This document shows, one piece after another, positions 58,626 through 64,000 of a stretch of 64,000 bases of DNA. Numbering within the stretch: position 1 is the first letter of the stretch; each line of letters begins with the position of its first letter. The position numbers and the translations under genes were made by a program. This stretch comes from Bacteroidales bacterium (GTDB lineage: Bacteria > Bacteroidota > Bacteroidia > Bacteroidales > UBA10428), in the NCBI GenBank assembly GCA_965230395.1, contig CBDDKV010000001.1:654-64653 (forward strand), in the 5' to 3' direction. The notes beneath the pieces are model-generated. The model saw nothing but the letters and a program-made list of their open reading frames with translations, was not told where the DNA came from and made no database searches.

Positions 58626-61600
58626 TTATTCCTTAATGAACTTAATTATATCATTGGAACCTGTTCTCAAGAAATACATGCCTGATGCAAGATTTTTTAT
58701 ATCGACAACTTGACTGTTATCGGTAAATACTGCTTTACCTGCAAAATTGTAGACGGTATAATATTCGTTTTTATCTAAACCGGTAATGTTAAGAACTGTA
58801 TTAACCGGGTTAGGATATACGGATACTTTGCTTTCTCTTTGAACTGTAGCTGCCGTTGTTATGTTTTCAGCGTTTTTGGTCCTTGCAGCCAACAACTGAC
58901 TGTTTAGGTTGCCAGAACCATGCATCCAAACATCTTTGGCCATTTCGGTATTCCACTTATTTTTAATTGATGAAGTAGCCTGTAAGCGGGCATCTCCCCA
59001 ATATCCTTCGTTGTAGTCTGGAGGTCCGAATTTAGGCTGGTCCTCCCAGTCGGCGTTAATGTAATGTACACACCTGATTACATCTTTATTGCTATAGATA
59101 TAATTGAAATACGGAGTAAACCATTCATCCCAGATTTGAGATTCTGTTTTTGCAACTGCATTTTGAGCAGCATCTCCGTCCCAAACAGGAGAAATGTTTT
59201 TATTTTGCCCTGCTTCCAAATCATATCCTTGTGGTGTTGATTCTGCAACCATCACCGGTTTTCCTTTACTTCTCGCAAATTGTACTAGTTCATCGGCCAA
59301 TTCCTTTTGTGTATGTGTGTGATAGCTTGAAGCTGTAGGTTGCTCGTTTGGCAGAAGGAACCATGAAAGTCCTACCCAGTCTACATAGTTGTCGCCAGGG
59401 TACCAGTCCTGAATGTTTTCATGTCCGTTCTCAATTACATCGTCCGTTGGGCTTGCGCTCGACTGCCATACCCAGGCTACATTGTTTACTCCCTGGTTTC
59501 TAACACCGTCAACAATATTTCTGTATGCCTCTTGATACCACTCCTTTTTAGCAACAGGGTCATCTCCATTGTTAAGGTCGAAGTATCCAATGTTCCAGTT
59601 TCCATCGAATTCGAAGCCTAAGCGGATATAAATAGCCGTATTAGCGTATTTTTTACAGAATCTCGCGATGGCATCTATTTCAGCCTGCCATTCCGTAGGG
59701 TTTTCTGCTAATCTACGAACACCCTGCTCATGCCAGTAATAAATAGAACCGTCAGAGTTCCAGACTCCTTCAGCAAGGTTTAATCCAATAATAAGTGCCG
59801 AGTTTTCATATCCGGTTACAGACCATGCTGTATGAATAGGTCCTGCATCCCAATAAACTTCGTCATCAAGAACATCTCCGCTGGTGTTTATTCCAAGGCC
59901 TCCGTAAGGGACTCCACCCTGTGTGGCACACTCGTAGAATGCTACATAAGAAGTAATCGCACCTGGTTCGGGAAAGTCTGTTTCGGGTTGTCCATGTTTA
60001 CCGGCATATTGCGCTACAGAAGTTAAATCCTGACCAACCGAGAACAGAATTTTTTGTCCGGGAGGCAATAGTTTTGCTCCGGCAACAGGATCATCAGGAC
60101 AAATATTTGGACAAGAACCACCGCAATCAACGCCTTTTTCATCGCCGTTCATAATTCCATCGTCACAGGTAGGTTCCGGACACGCGGGGCAAGAACCGCC
60201 ACAATCAACGTCTGTCTCGTCGCCGTTCATAATTCCATCGTTACAGGTAGGTTCTGTTACACATGCAGGACATGAACCACCACAGTCTACATCTGTCTCA
60301 TCGCCGTTTTTGATACCGTCGTTACAGGTAGGCTCTGTTCCACCCACGAATGAACACTTATCGGTAGTAAATTCAACCGTTTTCTCGGGTGAAATATACT
60401 GGCTGATATCATTATCCTGGGCCTTGAATTGTATTTTGTACTGTTGGCCAAGGGTAGCACTAAAATCTTTGTAGTAATAGCCATCTTTTTTCTCGCCAGC
60501 ATAACATCCCCCGTCAACACATACATACTGCCATTGAGCTGACCATCCGTTGTCTTTATGATAAACTCTCATTGTTGTATTATCAACATAGCTTACGCCA
60601 AATTCACCACAAGAACCACTAGTTGAACCACAACTGTTCGGGCATGAACCGCCACAATCTACTCCGGTCTCATCTCCGTTCTTGATTCCATCAGTACAGG
60701 TAGGTTCTGGCTCACACGCCGGACATGAACCACCACAATCAACGCCTGTCTCATCACCGTTTTTGATTCCATCGTTACAGGTAGGCTCTGTTACACATGC
60801 AGGACATGAACCACCGCAGTCTACACCCGTCTCATCGCCATTTTTGATGCCGTCGTTACAGGTAGGCTCTGTTCCACCTACAAATGAACACTTATCGGTA
60901 GTGAATTCAACCGTTTCCTCTGCTGAAATATACTGGCTGATAGCGTCGTCCTGGGCCTTAAACTGTATTTTATATTGTTGACCAAGGGTAGCACTAAAAT
61001 CTCTGTAATAGTATCCATCCTTTTTCTCTCCGGAATAACACCCCCCGTCAACACATACATACTGCCATTGAGCTGACCATCCGTTGTCTTTATGATAAAC
61101 TCTCATTGTATTATCATCTACATAGCTTATGCCAAATTCACCGCATGAACCGCCTGTTGAACCGCAACTGTTCGGACATGAACCACCGCAATCAACGCCG
61201 GTTTCATCGCCATTCATAATTCCATCATCACAGGTTGGTTCATTTGTACAGGACGGACATGGTCCGCCACAATCTACTCCGGTTTCACCCTGATTTTTAA
61301 TCCCATCGTTACAGGTAGGATCAGGAAGTGTGCTTCCACTATGCAGGTATCTCGTTCCTTCTCCGAATGTAGACACCCAGTGACTTTTAACGGTTGAATT
61401 TACTTCAACCCGTGAATCTGTCCAGTTACCATCTTTCCAACCTTTAGCCGGCCAGTCAGAATTAATATATGCCAATACTCTTACATCGTTATTTACAACA
61501 ACATTATGCAAGCGGTTCAGGTAATCTTTAAACTCTGACGCTGGTGGTGTTTGTGAAGAGGTTGACTGAAAAGCCGATTCCGCTATGATAATAGATTTAC

Positions 61601-62465
61601 CATGCTCTTTTGCAAAATCCATACTTTTCTGTAATTCAGGGTCAACTTCCTTACCTTCACAGTTAGCTACTCCGTTACACTCTATACAGACATCATTATT
61701 GAAAATAGAGAATCCGAAGAAATCTACATAATTATCTCCGGGATAAAGCCATTTTGTGTCGTTAAAGCCGCGTACAGGGTGGTAAACCAAATCAACATTG
61801 TCGGTTTCTGCCCTTACGATATCAGCAATACGTTTGTATGCATTGATATATGCGTAAATATCCAAATCCGCCACTTTTGTCGGATCTTCGAATACGTTTA
61901 TTCCTGCATTTGCTTGTTGTTCAAGCCATGTTTGAGCATCTGTCTCTTCTCCTTTGTAAGCAAACCCGAACATGCTTACTTCGTATCCAATTCTCAGATA
62001 GAATTTCACATCGGGCCTGTCACCCATTATTTTTGCAAATGATTTAATCTTGTCGTCCAGTTTACCATTTTCAATCGCCTTACAGGCTTCCCATATGGCA
62101 TTTGAATTAAAGTCAGGTTTGGTTGGATCCATTTGACCAAAACCTCCTGCGGCAGGATTGTCCTTAATACTTAGGGCTACCAATGCATAATTGTCATCCT
62201 GTACAGAACGAACGTAATCTAAAAATTCATTATTTGCGCCGTCATCCCCTTGTTCAATGGTTCCCCAGTATACCGTCCCATAATGGGAACTTCCGGCGGG
62301 CGCTTTTCCTATTCCGTTTACATATGCTTTATATTCATCTTCATAGGTTTGCCCTATTAACAATACGGTCTTTCCCGTTCCCGGGTCGTATTTCTGGGCA
62401 GTAATGTGATTTGTGATCAGAAATGTAGTTAGTAGTGTTAAAAACAAATAAAATCTTCTCCTCAT
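58626..62465 (-). CDS. T9SS-secreted enzyme with two catalytic domains. Domain order: GH26-like lineage B, long mini-module/X array, GH26-like lineage C, CTD
   Basis: 1279 aa with a signal peptide ending ITAQ. Lineage B motifs: VLLIGQTYEDEY, YLRIGYEVSMFGF, LYPGDNYVDFFGFSIF, IIIAESAFQ. Lineage C motifs: LFSVGQDL, YIRLGFEFDGNWN, WYPGDNYVDWVGLSWF, VMVAESTPQGYD. The tail ends ...SGMYFLRTGSNDIIKFIKE. Confidence 0.9.
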   Translation of the reverse strand: MRRRFYLFLTLLTTFLITNHITAQKYDPGTGKTVLLIGQTYEDEYKAYVNGIGKAPAGSSHYGTVYWGTIEQGDDGANNEFLDYVRSVQDDNYALVALSIKDNPAAGGFGQMDPTKPDFNSNAIWEACKAIENGKLDDKIKSFAKIMGDRPDVKFYLRIGYEVSMFGFAYKGEETDAQTWLEQQANAGINVFEDPTKVADLDIYAYINAYKRIADIVRAETDNVDLVYHPVRGFNDTKWLYPGDNYVDFFGFSIFNNDVCIECNGVANCEGKEVDPELQKSMDFAKEHGKSIIIAESAFQSTSSQTPPASEFKDYLNRLHNVVVNNDVRVLAYINSDWPAKGWKDGNWTDSRVEVNSTVKSHWVSTFGEGTRYLHSGSTLPDPTCNDGIKNQGETGVDCGGPCPSCTNEPTCDDGIMNGDETGVDCGGSCPNSCGSTGGSCGEFGISYVDDNTMRVYHKDNGWSAQWQYVCVDGGCYSGEKKDGYYYRDFSATLGQQYKIQFKAQDDAISQYISAEETVEFTTDKCSFVGGTEPTCNDGIKNGDETGVDCGGSCPACVTEPTCNDGIKNGDETGVDCGGSCPACEPEPTCTDGIKNGDETGVDCGGSCPNSCGSTSGSCGEFGVSYVDNTTMRVYHKDNGWSAQWQYVCVDGGCYAGEKKDGYYYKDFSATLGQQYKIQFKAQDNDISQYISPEKTVEFTTDKCSFVGGTEPTCNDGIKNGDETDVDCGGSCPACVTEPTCNDGIMNGDETDVDCGGSCPACPEPTCDDGIMNGDEKGVDCGGSCPNICPDDPVAGAKLLPPGQKILFSVGQDLTSVAQYAGKHGQPETDFPEPGAITSYVAFYECATQGGVPYGGLGINTSGDVLDDEVYWDAGPIHTAWSVTGYENSALIIGLNLAEGVWNSDGSIYYWHEQGVRRLAENPTEWQAEIDAIARFCKKYANTAIYIRLGFEFDGNWNIGYFDLNNGDDPVAKKEWYQEAYRNIVDGVRNQGVNNVAWVWQSSASPTDDVIENGHENIQDWYPGDNYVDWVGLSWFLLPNEQPTASSYHTHTQKELADELVQFARSKGKPVMVAESTPQGYDLEAGQNKNISPVWDGDAAQNAVAKTESQIWDEWFTPYFNYIYSNKDVIRCVHYINADWEDQPKFGPPDYNEGYWGDARLQATSSIKNKWNTEMAKDVWMHGSGNLNSQLLAARTKNAENITTAATVQRESKVSVYPNPVNTVLNITGLDKNEYYTVYNFAGKAVFTDNSQVVDIKNLASGMYFLRTGSNDIIKFIKE
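60100..61325 (-). repeat. Cys-rich mini-module / X-domain block with an internal 534-bp tandem duplication (coding)
   Basis: Eight mini-modules and two X domains. The antisense artefact ORFs starting at 60526 and 61060 are near-identical, which gives the 534-bp period. Confidence 0.8.
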
Positions 62466-63018
62466 TTTAAATTTTTTGTTAAAAAGTGAAATATTAGTTA
62501 GGTTTTTATGAAAAGAAGCCTATAGACTTTTTATTTAAATTTGACCCTGACTTATTATCTAGAATCTTCTTTTAGACAGAATCAAAAACTTTAAATCGTG
62601 TTAATAAAAACTGTGGATTCATTTTTGACAGTTTTTTAACTTCTGCAATATAATGTCCCATACACTTCCGCTAAAAAAACACCACACTATTTCACCACTG
62701 CATTACTACTATATCGATACACACTTTTTTTAACATTTTATTATACAATTTATTACAAGGGTACTTTTCTTGTATAAACGCACATTTAATTCAATAAAAT
62801 AACGAAGGAGTGAAGATATATTACCTAAAAATGAATGCTTATTCACACATGTGAGGAAAAATATAGTTTGCTCAATGTGAAATTTGTTATAGTAAAATTT
62901 ACAATAACATCGAATATTAATTTTATTGTGTTTGATGAGCCTATTTTATCCCTAAAAAAAGAAAAATTAACATATAAAATATTCTTCATGACTATTTAAA
63001 ATAATCCTGATTTTAGAA

Positions 63019-63050
63019 ATAAAAAAAGCCGCTTCAAATTGAAGCGGCTT
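63019..63050 (-). terminator. Terminator of 63091..>64000
   Basis: On the minus strand, AAGCCGCTTC-AATTT-GAAGCGGCTT is followed by TTTTTTTATTT. Confidence 0.85.
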
Positions 63051-63090
63051 AATAATTTTTATTCTTCTGATTTTTCTAACCAGACGTCAA

Positions 63091-64000
63091 TTATTTCTTA
63101 ATAAACTTAACTGTTTCGTTTGATTTAGTTTTTAAGAAATACATTCCTGCTCCAAGGTTAGTCAGGTTAAGTTCTGCTTTCTTATCTTTAAGAACAGCTT
63201 TACCTGCGAAGTTGTAAATAGTATATTCTTCGTTTTTCTCTAAACCTTTAATACTAATTACATCGTTTACAGGATTAGGATAAACAGAAATTCTGCTTTC
63301 CTGAACAGTAGTATAAGTTACATCAGAAGTATTGTCGCCACTCTTCTTAGAAGACAACAGGTTAGCATTTGTATTTGACGAACCATGCATCCAAACACTT
63401 TTGCTAAGTTCTGATTTCCAGTTTCCTGCAATCTGGTCGTTAACATGAACTCCGGCTCTACCCCAGTATCCTTCTCTGTAATCACTTTCACTACCAAAGT
63501 TATAGGTATCATCGTCCCAGTTAACATTGATATAAGTTACATGACGAATTACGTCTTTGTTTGAGTAGATATAGTCGAAATAAGGTGTGAACCATTCGTT
63601 CCAGATTTGTGAAGCACTTTTGCTAACACATCCCTGACCGGCAGCACCGTCCCAAAGGGTACTAATGTTACAGTTTTTCATTTCAACTAAATCATAACCT
63701 TGTGGAGTTGACTCAGCAACTAGTACAGGCTTGTTCTTTCTTCTTGCAAGATTTACTATTTCATCAGCAAGTTGTTTTTGAGTTTTAGGATTGTAACCAG
63801 CAGCTGTTGGTTTTTCGTTTGGTAACAAGAACCATGAAAGACCTAACCAGTCTACGTAGTTATCACCAGGCCACCAGTCTTCAACATTTTCATTAGCTTC
63901 ATCAAGAATTTCATCAATAGGAGAAGCACAAGACTGCCATACATAAGCAACATTATTTACACCTTCGCCGCGCATTACATCAACAATTCTTCTCCATGCA
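63091..64000 (-). CDS. T9SS-secreted glycoside hydrolase: C-terminal part only (GH26-like lineage C + CTD). The 5' end lies outside the window
   Basis: The frame stays open to nt 64000 (AWRRIVDVMRGEGVNNVAYVWQS...), matching the lineage C domain of 50416..53901 by eye. Motifs: WWPGDNYVDWLGLSWF, VLVAESTPQGYD. The tail is YPNPVNDVISI...AGMYFLKTKSNETVKFIKK. Confidence 0.88.
   Translation of the reverse strand, partial: AWRRIVDVMRGEGVNNVAYVWQSCASPIDEILDEANENVEDWWPGDNYVDWLGLSWFLLPNEKPTAAGYNPKTQKQLADEIVNLARRKNKPVLVAESTPQGYDLVEMKNCNISTLWDGAAGQGCVSKSASQIWNEWFTPYFDYIYSNKDVIRHVTYINVNWDDDTYNFGSESDYREGYWGRAGVHVNDQIAGNWKSELSKSVWMHGSSNTNANLLSSKKSGDNTSDVTYTTVQESRISVYPNPVNDVISIKGLEKNEEYTIYNFAGKAVLKDKKAELNLTNLGAGMYFLKTKSNETVKFIKK

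Noticed and set aside
21261-64000. CRISPR array, diversity-generating retroelement, or invertible-promoter phase variation as an explanation for the repetitiveness.
   Set aside because: All periodic repeats are in-frame protein modules. There is no reverse transcriptase, no cas gene, no invertase and no template/variable repeat pair. I found no long inverted repeats flanking the spacers.

Overview
The window looks like a Bacteroidota chromosome segment. It is AT-rich, has lipoprotein signal peptides, and many proteins end in T9SS C-terminal sorting domains (...RFIKE/K). All family names below come from reading motifs by eye; no database search was run.

The left third (1-20.6 kb) mixes core and accessory genes:
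- a PspC-PadR-PspC module, tRNA-Gln(TTG) and a DEAD-box helicase
- a decayed ~5-kb accessory patch, holding a scrambled AraC-family pseudogene, orphan small lipoprotein and cytoplasmic genes, and a fused tyrosine-recombinase/IS91-type transposase relic
- carotenoid genes (crtYcd-type cyclase, crtB, crtI, DUF422-type) split by an oppositely oriented GH3 beta-glucosidase
- a DUF4271-hemD pair and an FG-GAP beta-propeller protein

The right two thirds (21.3-64 kb, continuing past the window) are the striking part. Twelve consecutive minus-strand genes (606 to 1393 aa) each have a signal peptide and a T9SS C-terminal domain. Together they carry at least 13 GH26-like (clan GH-A) catalytic domains of three divergent lineages, plus one clear GH81 endo-beta-1,3-glucanase. 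These are combined with FN3-like, PKD, discoidin, CBM6, PA14 and MopE-like metal-binding repeats, short Cys-rich mini-modules and uncharacterised Cys-capped beta-sandwich domains.

The array contains no SusC/SusD pair, transporter or regulator, and almost every gene ends in its own GC-rich hairpin. It also shows signs of ongoing turnover:
- sorting-domain relics between genes
- internal tandem duplications
- repeat copy-number variation between paralogs
- a 200-nt GC-rich candidate structured RNA in one of the long spacers
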